Shown here piece after piece: positions 38,755-51,445 of a stretch of DNA of 64,000 nt; the stretch's first letter is position 1, and each line of letters starts with the position of its first letter. The DNA lies in contig CP075493.1 in NCBI GenBank assembly GCA_021613535.1, positions 11,098,001-11,162,000 on the forward strand. Direction: 5' to 3'. The translations under genes were made by a program, and so were the position numbers. The DNA comes from Adineta vaga (Eukaryota > Animalia > Rotifera). The notes beneath the pieces were generated by a model. It did no database searches, had not been told where the DNA came from, and was given only the letters and a program-made list of their open reading frames with translations.

Positions 38755-39496
38755 ATAAAGATTGAAATCAAAAATTCATTTAGACGTTTATATATTATTA
38801 TACAATCGGTCATTGATCATTGTCCTTCCATTGTGCTTCATGTCGTCGACCGTTTTTCCAACACATAGTTTTTTATTATATGCTTCTCTTTGCATATTAA
38901 TTTCTCCAACATATTTGTCATCATTCTTATAATGTATCGTATCTATCAAATGCAGTGGGATGTAATTGATCTTAGTAATTTGATATGGATGATGAATAAA
39001 AAAGAAGAATTACAAGAAAAATTAATAGATATACTTATGACTGTAGGTGATGATTCAATTGCATGATTAGATACATGAAATGAATTTATTAATAAAGAAT
39101 ATTCTCTTAAAAATACTAACTAAAAAATTAATTTTAATAAATATCAATTAAAACAAAAAGACAAAAAACTCTTTCTTAGTTTTGGATTTTTTTTACGATC
39201 TTTAGTTTTCTTTGTTATATAACAATATGAGAGAGAGAGAGAAAATATAAACGAAAAAAAAAATAATTGAAATTTTTCTATTGTTAAAATTAATGGTTTG
39301 ATCTTCGAAATATATTTTTCTTTATTTCATTCGTCCGATGCGATCGACGAAAAAAAATAAATTCCATTTCTTTCTTTAAATTAGTAAAGAACAATATAAA
39401 CTGTTTGTTTTCAAACAAGTGTATGTTTACGGTTATTTCTCTTTTGGATATTATACGTACTAGAAGTATCATCACATGTATGTGAAGCAAAAGAGC

Positions 39497-39497
39497 T

Positions 39498-39523
<26 letters not shown>
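39497..39523. repeat. (GA)n microsatellite
   Basis: About 13 GA units; a shorter GA run at about 39228-39243. Confidence 0.9.
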
Positions 39524-39528
<5 letters not shown>

Positions 39529-40028
39529 AACACACATATACATCCACTGCTATCCTTTTCGTCTCTCTCTACTATTTGACTCTTCTTTAAGTTATAATTG
39601 AAAGAAAGAAAGAATTTTGTCTAACATCATCATTATAACACATGCAATAAATCATCTATTGAAACTATTAAATACAATTTATTTATTCATCAAAAGAAAA
39701 CAAGGAAAACAACTATTACAGGCATTGTCTTTGAATCTTTTCTTCTTTCTCATCCCTCGATATATCTTTCTTTCTTGTTACATGATGTCATACAATCATT
39801 GTTGTCTTTCATTTTTCTTTTCTCTATCCTAAGTTTATTCTACATATACGTATATATATATGTGTGTATTTTCTCTCGAACGAAGAATATGGTCTGTGTT
39901 GGTTATATGTAGTTATCCGTCGTTTTATCTATGTATTTCTTTTTGAAATAAAGATTCAGAAGATTTCGAAGGAATTGATTCTTTAATAACAATTATTTTA
40001 TTAATTTATTTTTAGATATTAAATAAAA

Positions 40029-41546
40029 ATGGATCTATCAAATGAAGTAATTCGATCATATTATATGGATTTTTTTCGTTGTGCTGGATGTTCACAAGGT
40101 TTTGAATATGAAATTTTATCAAATCGTCCAATAACATTACCTATATGTGGTCATACAATGTGTAAAGGATGTATTGATATAATACATAGTCATGATCAAA
40201 GAAAATGTCCACAAGATGAAATTTTATTTGGAATAAATCATACAACAATTACTGAATTACCAATAAATTATTCATTATTGATGATTCTTTATCATTCATC
40301 AAAAAGTAAATATTTAAATTAATTATTAAATACTAAAAAAAATTTTCTTTTTATTTAAATATAGTTACCTAAACATCATGAAGAACGTTATAAAGATTTT
40401 CCATCTTATATACAACTTGATAATGATGAAAAATCATTTTTTAAACAAATTGAAGAACATTTAGGTGAACTAATACTTATAATTAAACGAATAAGTAAGA
40501 AGAAAAAAAGAAAAAAATTCATGTCATTTTTTTATGTGATTATTTTTTAGTAAATGATAATAAATGTTTATCAAAATTCAGTCATTCAACAATACGAAAA
40601 ATATTTAGTTTATTAAATAGTCAATATATTAATCATGAAGGTCGTTTAGAATTTATTAAACGAGCACGTTCTCTTGGTGAACATATATGTATTGATTTTA
40701 TTCTTCTTTATCAAAATCTTCAAGTATTAAAAACTAATCTTGCGTTATTTCTTGGTTTACAAGATGGTCAATTTCTTGAACCAGGTTTGAATTTTTTTTC
40801 AAATTATTCTTTTTTAATCTTAATCATTGTTTATTCATTTAGATATGCAAGAAAAAGTCTTAAAATTAATTTTATTATATCTTAGATGCGATGGAATACC
40901 ATCTGAAAAACATCTTATACATTCTATAGTACAAAAAATACAAGGAAATAATCCAGGAAGTATTAAGCCAAGTATTGAACTTATTGTTCATTTACTTATT
41001 GGTGTACCTTGTTTTCAAGTAAATATATAACAATAATAATAAAAAAAAATGATTCTATCAAAAGATTTTCTTTTTATATCAGATAATTCAAGTTGGTAAC
41101 TCTCCATCGATACAACTTATACCAGAATTTGGAAATTATGCACGTATTCGTCATGCATATAATTCAAGTATTATTCAAATGACTATGAATAATGGTAAAT
41201 AGAATTTTTGTTTTTGTTCATATTTAATAAATATTTTTTATATATTAAAGGTTTTTCTATATCATCTGAAAAATGGTCAACATTATTATATGGAAATATA
41301 CAACATGATTCAATGATTCGTTCGATTATGGATGAATTCTCAACATTAACATCATTTAATCGAACAATTGAACAATTTCAATATATTATACAATGTAATG
41401 GAAATCCATCTGAACATTTATTAACTGCAGAAGCATGTTTTATATATTTATCACAAATTAATTCATGCGATGCTACTTCTTCCAGTTGGTCTGCAGTAAT
41501 TGCAACATTAAAGTATGTTAAAAGATACTTTAACATCTTTAATTGA
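40029..41546 (+). CDS. Divergent, C-terminally truncated Roquin-like protein (RING + HEPN-N + ROQ + HEPN-C), 6 coding exons
   Basis: RING CAGC...PITLPICGHTMCKGC...CPQD, [48 protein letters not shown]...H.SMIRSIMD parallel Roquin [53 protein letters not shown]. Confidence 0.85.
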
Positions 41547-42332
41547 ATTGTGATTTTTTTATTTTATTGGTCTATCTTATCATATTTATATATTGAAAAA
41601 AAAGAATAAAATTATATTTGCTTTTTATTTTATTTACATTATATTGATTGAAATTGGAAGAAATATCTCAATGTCATTTGAAATATTTATATAAAAGAAA
41701 GAAAATTACAAAAAAGAAGAAGCTAATTTTCATAAAAATTTATCCAATATACATGTATATATAAATGAACAGATAATCTTGCTTTTTTTCCTACATTATA
41801 TATGATAAGTTAAATAAAAAACAAAAAGTTTACATTAATAATTGGCAAGATTTATTTGTTCGAGTATTATTAGAAAATCTATTCAAAATTTATCTAGATA
41901 TTAAAAGATTTCTTTGATCATCATTCATCATATTTAAATAAATATTCAAATAGTTGATAAATGTCGTTGAATTAAAAATGAAATAAACAAAAATAATCTT
42001 AATTAAGAATTTGTTCAATTAATAGGTCTCATTTATTAAATAATTTATGATGATTATATTGATTAATTAGTTTTATTATTCATAGAAATTAAAAGATGAT
42101 TTAATTAATAATAGACATATTCGAGATTTATTACATTGAATTTATTTATTATAGAATATAAATTTGAAAAGATATTTCATTATTTAAAAGTTTATTAACA
42201 TTTATATATTATATAAATCAATATAATCTTTATTATTTTCTACCGAAGAAGAAAATCTTAGTTTTATCTCTTTTTTTTTAGTCAACAATTCGTTGACATG
42301 TATGAACTATTCATAATTGATACTATTTTAAC

Positions 42333-42956
42333 ATGTACGATATCTTGGACACGGATTCGAGTTTTTCCTGAACCGATTCGCACACATGCTGATTCCAAAT
42401 CTGGTCTCACTGATTCCAAATAGAACTCGATGAGCTCTATCGATTCCAATCATAAAAAATTTTACCCCCACCCACTTCGCCCCAATCTCACCCAACACCC
42501 ATACACACCCAGCACCCATACACACCCAATACCCAAATCCATCCAAAAGCGCGGTAAAATTCATGCTGGTTTCTCTGGAGGCATAATTGATGTCTGCGTG
42601 CATAAAAAACTGCGATTTTCGGTTGTTTTGGCTGTTGGGTGAGACTGGGGGTAAAATTTTTTATGATTGGAATCGATAGAGCTCGTCGAGCTGGATCTCG
42701 AACCACACTTGGAACGATTTGAAATTTTAAAGAAGTGAATCGGGACAGGTTTTTACGAAAATTTCGTGTTTTTTTATGTTTTTTAGCAGTTTTCTGGATT
42801 TTTGGGGGGTAAGGAAGGAAATTTTTGGAAATATTATTTTTGGAATCGATAGAGCTCGTCGAGTTCTACTTGGAACCAGTGAGACCAATAGTGGAACGCA
42901 CATGTGAGCGAATCGGGGCAGAAAAAGATCGAATCCGTGTCCAGGATATCCTACAT
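42333..42956. mobile_element. Mutator-like non-autonomous element (MITE), 624 bp, about 120-bp TIRs, 9-bp TSD
   Basis: Ends ATGTACGATATCTTGGACACGGATTCGA / rc ATGTAGGATATCCTGGACACGGATTCGA; perfect TSD TATTTTAAC at 42324-42332 and 42957-42965. Confidence 0.9.
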
Positions 42957-43385
42957 TATTTTAACATATAAAGTATGATTTTATTCTAATTTCTATTAAA
43001 ATATTTACAAGAAAACTAATTATCTTTATCTATGAACTGAAATAGAAAGAATTAATGTCAATAATTTGAAAAATGATAAGAGAACTTTTTCAACTAAAAT
43101 GAATTATCGAATAGACTCAAAGATGACCGAACAAATCTATTGAACAATATTTTTTTAGGTTTTACATATATTCTTTTCTAATAAATCTTATTTAACGAAA
43201 AAGATAAATAAGATAAAATCAAACATTTTTTATATAGAATATTAGAAAGAAAATAATTGAAGATATTATCCTTTTCTATTTTATGAATACTTTTCATTGA
43301 TAGATACAAAAATTTAATCTAAAAAAGAATGCAATTATTAGTAATTTATATATATTGATGAAAGATTTCAAGTTCAAATAGTTAA

Positions 43386-43766
43386 GAGATGTTCCATGAC
43401 TCAATCGAGCATCGTTTAATATAAGCGTCACACAAAAATTTTGACCTACTCATTTAAATAGCGCAAATGAAAGAGCATATTAAAAAACCTACGAATCAAA
43501 AGTTTTAACGTTCTCTGACTAATATTCGAAGAGTGCTGAAAGAAACTTAAGAAATTTCTATAGGGAATTTTGGGTTTAATTTTCATTTTTTTACACGTCA
43601 TTTGATGTATTTTTCACGGGGAGCATTATAAACGTTCGGGCCGACCAGAATTTTTTATAGATTCGATTTCGCGCAAAGAATTACACGAGATTTAGATTAA
43701 AAAGTATGCGCGTAATGAAAATCATTTTGTGTGACGGCAATGCTCAAGTCAGTCATAGAACGTCTC
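43386..43766. mobile_element. TTAA-flanked non-autonomous DNA transposon (Kolobok-like MITE), 381 bp
   Basis: TTAA at 43382-43385 and 43767-43770; TIR GAGATGTTCCATGACTCAATCGAGCAT / rc GAGACGTTCTATGACTGACTTGAGCAT; purine-purine start rather than the piggyBac CC start. Confidence 0.8.
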
Positions 43767-43867
43767 TTAATATCTATTGTAAATATTCTCGCTCATTTCT
43801 CAGTTTATCTTTAAAATTCTTATCTAATGTTCTTTTGAATAATTTTATTTAATATGAAATCGATTTA

Positions 43868-45590
43868 TTATTTTGATAATAGAAATATAGAAGTAGAATA
43901 TATCGATGTATGAGGAAAATAATTTTTGATAAGTTCTTTGTTTTGATCAATTGATTGAGAATATAGTGCAGCAAGTTTTGTTGAATGATTTTGTGTTAGA
44001 AATCTTGTAAAATTGTATGTTACTCTTTTCAATGATTGATAATTTACACAAAGATGAAGATTATTTGGTAAAAATATATTGGTATTAAATAAAAATAAAT
44101 CAAGATAATCATCATGACTAATTGTAAGATCAAGTCGATTAAGATTAGGATATTGAATAATTTTATTTAATTGTTTATTAATTTGTCTTTTTTTATTATT
44201 TATTGTTAATGGTTTCATGTATGGAAATGATTGAGAAATTTGAATAAATAAATCATATTCAAATGGATATTCATCATATAATGATATTTGAGTAACAGTT
44301 GGAAATAATCCACCTGGAAAATGATTTGAAATATTATCATAAATTTGAAATTTATATGGATATGAATAAATATGACATTGGCTATATTGCCCTTCTTGAA
44401 AATGATCAATATAAGTTATTATTTGATTATTAGAAAAATCTTTAAATGTTTTTTCAATTTGTTCATTTAATTGAAAATTCATTTGATCATTGTGATTAAT
44501 TATTGAATAAATATTAAATATAAATTTATATAATTGTGGCATAAAAATAAGAATATTTTTATTCAATATATCACCATCAAGAAATTTCTCATAACATTTA
44601 ATTCGAATATTTAAATAAAGTTCTTCTAAATTTAACATTCGACGTAAAAGTGAACCAATTGATTTATCAAAATTTTCTATTTTATTCTTACAATATAAAG
44701 AAAAAATTTTTAAGTTTGGTAAGAGATTTTCCTAAAAAATACAAATAAATAATTTGTTAATTTAAACAAACAAAAATAATCTACTTTATATTCATTATTG
44801 ATTAAACAAGATAAATTATTATAAATAGTAACGTAAAATATTCTAAGTTGTTTAAAACGTCCATCAAGTATATAAAGACAATCATTCATATGTGATACAC
44901 TGATATGTAATTCTAATATAGTTGAACAAATAATAGTTGAATCAGCCATATGTAAATATGCAGCATCAAGATAAGATGACGATGGATTAAATTTTAAACA
45001 TTGTAAATTAGAAAACATTGTGAAAATTTTTCTAAATATAATTGAAGAAACAGTTGCCATTGGAAATGATATATTTCCTTTATTAAAATTGATAAAGAGT
45101 GATGAAATTTGATTTTTGAATATAACGAGTAAAGGATTATTCTCTAAATTAAAATTTCAAAGATTTCTTTCTATTTATTCAATTAAAATAAATAAAACAT
45201 CTTACCATTAAACAGAGACATAGCTGCATCATAGTGAATATCATATAAACCAAGATGATTTAAATTAGGATAATTTGTAACATGAAGAATACGTTCTATT
45301 GATGTTCGTTCAAGATAAAGACTTTCAATTTGATATCCAATTTGAGGTAAAATATTTGAACAAAATCGATTAAGTATTGAATCTGATAATGGACAAATGA
45401 TCGAATTATCAATTGGACAATATTTTAATAAATATAAATGATGAATAAAACATTTATCATTTACAATTCTATTTAATCGTTGATTAACATTCATTAAAGA
45501 ATAAAGTATTTGATCATTGAATAAGTTTTTAAATATATATAGAAGAATTTCATCAGGTAAATCATCAAATTGAATTAACATATCTTTCAT
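43868..45590 (-). CDS. F-box / LRR-like protein, three exons
   Basis: FDDLPDEILLYIFKNL F-box; LxxLxL repeats; CHIYSYPY motif; introns at about 45144-45205 and 44732-44783 keep the frame. Confidence 0.85.
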
Positions 45591-45712
45591 ATTTCTCTGT
45601 TGATTGACTCTTTTCTAAGATTACATATATATATATATATATATGTATATGTATATGATTGATTTTAATTGACCTCAATCGTCAATGAAAACAATGATAT
45701 TCTCTTTTTTAT

Positions 45713-45893
45713 TAGAGCTCAAACAGACCAAAACAACTTAAAACTGAATTAATCAGTAGAATTGATAGAATCGTTAAAACAGAATTAAATCATCTTTTTT
45801 AGATGAATTAAATTAAAGCAAGAAGATAATGCGCCAATCAGACGTCTTATTTCAGCTTTAAGTTAATTCTCTTTTCTGTCTGTTTGACCCCTT
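45713..45893. mobile_element. Short degenerate MITE-like inverted repeat upstream of the F-box gene
   Basis: TAGAGCTCAAACAGAC...AACTTAAAACTGAATTAA versus rc of right end AAGGGGTCAAACAGAC...AACTTAAAGCTGAAATAA. Confidence 0.5.
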
Positions 45894-46681
45894 AGACGAT
45901 AAATGAAAGTGATGTCTTTTTTCTTTTCTTCTTTATTATTGTTAAATATCCTTTCGAATGTTAAATGATTTTAATAAATATTGTTTCTCTTATTATTTTA
46001 GAATTTTGTTCATAATCATTTCAATGAAAAATAAATATAGATAAAACTATTCGACGAACAAGTCGAATGATATTGTGAAAAATATGTTCTACGATTGATT
46101 TTAGGATTATCTTGCAGTTTTTTTAGAAAAAAAATATTTCTTTTCTATAAAATCAAAATAAAAAAAGAAAAAAGTCGTTTTTTAAATATCGACGCTTTCA
46201 TAGAAAATTTGTTTCTCTGATCTCTTATATTTTAATATCTGATCGAATAAATTATTTAAGTAAATTAAATGGAATTTTTCTTTTAATTTATTATTCGAAT
46301 ATAAATGAATGAAATGCAAGTTTTGAGAAAAATAAATGATGTAATCAATATTTGATATGAAAACTGATAATTTATGTTTTGAGTTCTACTATATGAGAAG
46401 AGAAAAACAATTCATTTTTCCCATTACTATTTTAATTATGGATGCAATCTACGAAAATCATTGAAAAATCTATGAAAAATGTTCAAATAAATAACAATTA
46501 AATATATTGAATCAATCGGGACAAAGAATTTCGCCTTCCCAAATGAGCTATTTTTTATTTTTGTTTAACAAAATATTTCGATCAAAACTCATGTTATAGA
46601 GTTGAAGTTTGATCATAATTTTCATCTTAAATTGTCTGCTTAATACAATCTTGTTTATTCAATTTCTACCATCTTATATAT

Positions 46682-47638
46682 TTATTTGATATCATTCTTT
46701 ACAATATGTATTGGATGTATTCGTTTAATACCATTGAATCGTAAAATATTTTTTCCAATTTGTCTTGATTCTTTTCGATAAATTTGAGATGAAAGAATAT
46801 ATAAGAAAAATGGTGTTACATATGACATATGAAATAAAAGAAGAGAAATTATTGATAGAAAATAAAATAAAGATGTAAATTTTATATCATTTGGTAATAC
46901 AAATATTAAATATGTAATTGATGATGGTAAAGTAAGAATAATATGAATAGTTATTTGAAGAATAAGCATACGAATAAGTTGATTTCCTGTTCGACGAATA
47001 GATGAAATCATAACAGGTTGAATTCGTATTGTTTTTATATTATAAATTGTTAATAAACCAAATATACTCATTAAGATTGGTCCAATAAAAGAAATAAGAG
47101 AAACTTGAATAAAAACATAAATTTGTTTGTATTCTGTATTAGCTCGAATACGACATTCAATAAAATCATTCTTTTCTAAATCAACTAATATTGATGAATT
47201 AATAAATAAGATTAAAAATAGAATTGTTGTTGTTGAAAATATTATTATTTGTGCAATTGATATTCGATTAAATTGACGAAATTGAATATTTATTGAACTT
47301 GAACACCAACGATCAAATGAAGCAAATACAAGAAAATTTGGTGATAAAAATATTCCAATATGAATTATATAAATTATTATTTTACAAGAAATTATTGAAC
47401 TTTTACTTGGATCAATATGATATTGATCAATTAATATTCGATAGATTAAAATAATAATACAATAAAATAAATTATCAATAGAATTTGAAAGAAAATAACG
47501 AGAACATGATTGTTTATAGATTGTAGATCGAGTTAATACAAATATATTTAATAAATTACCTATTATACCAATAATTATTATTATTGGAGTAAGAATAACA
47601 CTGATTTGATTGATAAGTTCTTCAAGTGTTATATTCAT
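46682..47638 (-). CDS. Orphan class A GPCR, intronless
   Basis: GIIGNLLN, SCK, SFDRW, QLIRMLILQ, PFFLYILSSQIYR; seven hydrophobic segments. Confidence 0.9.
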   Translation of the reverse strand: MNITLEELINQISVILTPIIIIIGIIGNLLNIFVLTRSTIYKQSCSRYFLSNSIDNLFYCIIILIYRILIDQYHIDPSKSSIISCKIIIYIIHIGIFLSPNFLVFASFDRWCSSSINIQFRQFNRISIAQIIIFSTTTILFLILFINSSILVDLEKNDFIECRIRANTEYKQIYVFIQVSLISFIGPILMSIFGLLTIYNIKTIRIQPVMISSIRRTGNQLIRMLILQITIHIILTLPSSITYLIFVLPNDIKFTSLFYFLSIISLLLFHMSYVTPFFLYILSSQIYRKESRQIGKNILRFNGIKRIHPIHIVKNDIK

Positions 47639-47821
47639 TTTTATTATTTTGTAAGAAATACTAAAAGTTAATTGTGGGAGAGTATTCTTTTATATTGAGA
47701 AGAAAGATCGAGTCATCAAGTATAACATCTAATTAATTATTTATTTCAATACTTACTCTTATATAATTAAATATTCTTTTATTTCTTAATTCATTTTAAA
47801 ATAAGAATAAATAAACAAATA

Positions 47822-48169
47822 TTAAACATGTTTTGAATCACAAATAAAATATTCTAAAAATCCATTTGATTTAAAAAAACAAAATTTTGTTCGTTTACCA
47901 ATTGAATTCTTTGTAAGTGTACGAAGATCTTGAGCAGCAAATGAACGACTTCGTGCAATTTGACGAAGATCAAAAAGAAGAAGTGCAAGATCATCAGCAA
48001 GAGAAATAGCACGAATTGGATCATTTAAACGAACATCAATAAAAGCATGACGAGCTGCACGTGTTGCACGATTAATACAAAGATATTCTTTCCATTTACA
48101 GACACGATTATCATTATTACAACGAGGACAACAAGGTATAGATTGTATCGATATTTTTGAATTTGTCAT
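47822..48169 (-). CDS. Small basic protein of unknown function with CCPRC motif
   Basis: 115-aa ORF with coding-like composition in an AT-rich background; possible upstream exon. Confidence 0.5.
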   Translation of the reverse strand: MTNSKISIQSIPCCPRCNNDNRVCKWKEYLCINRATRAARHAFIDVRLNDPIRAISLADDLALLLFDLRQIARSRSFAAQDLRTLTKNSIGKRTKFCFFKSNGFLEYFICDSKHV

Positions 48170-48599
48170 AATTATTTACCTTATTTCTACAAGAAAAAAA
48201 ACAGTTTAATCAATTAGGATTTGTCAATCCGAAATAAACGTATTTGTAAGGATACCAAAGTAGAAAAAAAAATTGATTTTTTTCTATCATTTCTACCTGT
48301 AATAATAAAATAACTCTTATTTAAATCGGCATTCTTCAAAATAGAAGAAAATAAAATATATTTCTATTAACAATATATGCAAATGAAAATATTTTACATT
48401 CATCTGATTGAAAAGAAAAACAATCGACATTTTAAATAAACTATTAAATTTTGTTTTTGTCTTTTGTAGAGAAAAAAATTCATCGAGAAACAATAAAAAT
48501 AAATGACATTACGAATAATTCAATAAAGATGAATACCAGGGTTGCCAGATAGAAAAATCAAAAATCACATTGATATCCTTATCTCCACACCTTCAGGAA

Positions 48600-50660
48600 T
48601 TTGAGTTATGATACATTACCGAGAAGATGCACAGGCGTACCAAGAGTTACTAGACCATGTGCGACGTGAACTTAACAATTGCAGTAATATCGTAATTGGA
48701 AGTGATGGAGCTAAAGCAATAAAAAAAGCAGTTGACACTGTTTTTCCTGATTCTACTCACCTTTTTTGCACACGACATGTGCGTCAGAATGTTGAACGTC
48801 AATTGATGAAGTATCGTACAACACTAGACGAACGTCGAGATTTGTTGGAGCTTATTTTTGATTCTGAGGAATCCCTTATTCAGGCAGAAACAGAACATGA
48901 TTTTCAAGACAAGCTGGATGAGTTAAGCGAATGCTGTAGATCCATTCGGAGACGTGATGAGACACGTTTTAATAATGTACCAGATTTTTTTGACTGGTTC
49001 GATCAATATCAGACAAATATTTTCCGTCATCATTTGATTGCGGCGGTCCGTATTTCTGTTAATTATGTTGACAGGAATGGTACTCCTCGACTCTTCTACA
49101 ATAATGATGTTGAATCAATGAATCATGTTTTCAAGAATCAAGCAAATTGGGAGCGCCGATCCTTGTCTGAAGTAATTGATATGCTAGAGAAACTAATAAC
49201 GACCCAAAAGAATGAAACTATTCGGGCTCTCTACGACTCTGGCGAATTAGAACTTGTTCCTCCTTATTCAAGGTAAGCATTTTTTATTATAATCACCTTT
49301 TCTTGAATGACTATTTGTAGATTCGTCTGCCATCCACATATATGGTGTGGTAAATCCGTATCAGAACGCAATGATATCATTGATAGTTATTATAATTATA
49401 AACCACCAGCTTCTACGCCACAACATTCATTAAATATTCCTTAGAAAGCCAGGCAGATCAAACGTTCGTGGGTCATCTACAACCACAAAAAAGAAAAAAT
49501 AACTGTAATAAACGGTTTACATTTATCATAAACTTTCTACTTATGCTTAGCACGATAGTATCTGCTTTTTGTTCCTCACAGCATGCTCACTTAATTTTAA
49601 TCATTTTTCCCACAGACCCACTTTTAAAATATAGAAGATAACCAATACAATATAAGCTTTATGTAGCACATGATTTAAATTACTTGTTAGCAAATATTTA
49701 CAGCTTTTGATTAAGTTCAGTAATGAATGTAATGTGCATAAACTATATATTACCAATGCAATAATTTGATTATTTGACATATTTTGAAGGAATTTGTTGA
49801 TTTAGATCATTCTTTTGAGATAACTGCATATGTTGGCAGCTTCAATTCCATATTTATAAGCATTAGAAAATCTATACATGGTTTTTATCAATATTGGTGA
49901 ATATTAATTTGATGATATTTTGATATTAATATCATTTACATCGTCTTGTGGTAGTTATTTCTATGTGTGTGTCGTGATTTCAAAACAAAAAGATAGGAAA
50001 AGATTATAAACCACATTTCGGTAATTGAATCTTACTTTATTTGTAATCCCAACGTTGATTTATATTACATATATTTTATTATTTTAACTTATCCTAATAT
50101 TACTAGATGTTTTTTTTTTCATTTTCCTTGTTTTTTCATATTTTAGCTTGTTTCTGCGGGGTTGTTTTTTTTTTTATATATTCGTATGTTTTTCACATAA
50201 TTTCATTTATTTTACTATGAGAATGATATATCAATGATGAGATCAAACGTTTTTGTGGGTGTTCGTAAGCGCACAATGGAAGGTATTAATATGTTACTAT
50301 GACCCTTTTGGGTGTTCGTATATATCTACAGACGTCTATTAGACGATTTTGAATGTTTTCAGTGGGTTTTTCTGGAAATATATTTTTTGAAGATAACATA
50401 TATTTATATCAGAATGTCGATTATGAAATTCTGTGGGTGTTCGTAGGACCGAGTTGGAGTATTTACATAGACAATAAGAAAAATTCTGGGTGTTCGTATC
50501 AATGGGGTCATTTTTCTACATTTGTCCCTGCTTTTTTTTCACTATTTATTATGGAAACTGGGTGTTCGTGAGCATAACTGCCCAAGCTGTGGGTGTTCGT
50601 AGGAGTGACCTATATGCTATCTCAAAAAGTTGGGTGTTCATGCTGTTCGCGTTTTTTACT
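48600..50660 (+). mobile_element. 5'-truncated Mutator-like (MULE) DNA transposon: C-terminal transposase exons plus right end with subterminal repeats
   Basis: IVIGSDG (second D), FCTRHV (CxxH), NNDVESMNHVFK (E) in 48608-49272, intron to 49320; seven TGGGTGTTCRT repeats at 50256-50641. Confidence 0.82.
50256..50641 (+). repeat. Seven dispersed copies of TGGGTGTTCRT (transposon subterminal repeats)
   Basis: GGGTGTTC starts at 50257, 50310, 50435, 50488, 50560, 50591 and 50632. Confidence 0.85.
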
Positions 50661-51099
50661 AATACCCAAGCCAAAGACAATTAAAAATGAAGACAAGACG
50701 ATGTGCCATTTTGCTACAACTCCATTGTCGCCAACGAAGATTGCCACTTGTTGCTAGAAATTGATCGATGATTGCCAAACAAACACATGTAAAAGATAAA
50801 AGTGTACATTGTTGAATACAAAAGATTCTGAATTTACAATAAAATATTGAAGACGATGTCCAATCAATTTCGAAACCATAGTTCATAATTCGCCAAAATA
50901 AACCAGTTAATAAACTACCAATATTTGCCAAAGACATCACAATTAAATAGAATGCACAAGAATTTTCTCGAAAAGTTCGTAAACTGAGAAAAACAAGAAG
51001 ATTGAAACAACCTCCAAATATGCCACATATAAGTATAGGAATAAATAAATATTGAGTTAGCAATTTGGAAACAAAAGCGAAAGACATAATTGTCGACAT
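50659..51099 (-). pseudogene. 5' half (TM1 to start of TM4) of an orphan GPCR, cut at the MULE end
   Basis: VFLSLRTFRENSCAFYL, IDWTSSSIFYCKFR, IDQFLAT, AHRL, then a stop at the transposon junction. Confidence 0.8.
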
Positions 51100-51445
51100 T
51101 TCTCAAATAAAATCTGCTGTCTAGAATAGGAAGTCAATTCATAAAATAACTCTACTATCCTGTAAATATCTAAATCTAAAAAATGTTCTTTTCCAGTACT
51201 CATTTCAATATTAAAATCTTGTTTCGTTACAAATTCTATTATGTGCATGGTTCTCAGCACGATTAAAATTCAGCATCCTGTCAAACAAATATTCCAGTAA
51301 CATTTTTTTCTACGTCATTTTAACCTTGCAAATGATGATTGACAACACCAATTTTTATTCTATAGTTCAGCAAAACGGACTGAAGCATTTTGACATGCGA
51401 CTTTTATTATTTATACCAAATAAATTTGAAGAAAAATTGAAAAAA

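Noticed and set aside
42328-42706. Three short ORFs in a GC-richer patch
   Set aside because: They lie within the non-coding MITE and carry no transposase motifs
48537-48570. Complete hAT element starting CAGGGTTGCCAGA
   Set aside because: No matching opposite end or hAT transposase found in the window; kept only as a lone end
50256-50641. Repeat-spacer pattern resembling a CRISPR array
   Set aside because: The repeat is only about 11 bp, spacing is irregular (31-125 bp), there are no cas genes, the context is eukaryotic, and it sits at a MULE end
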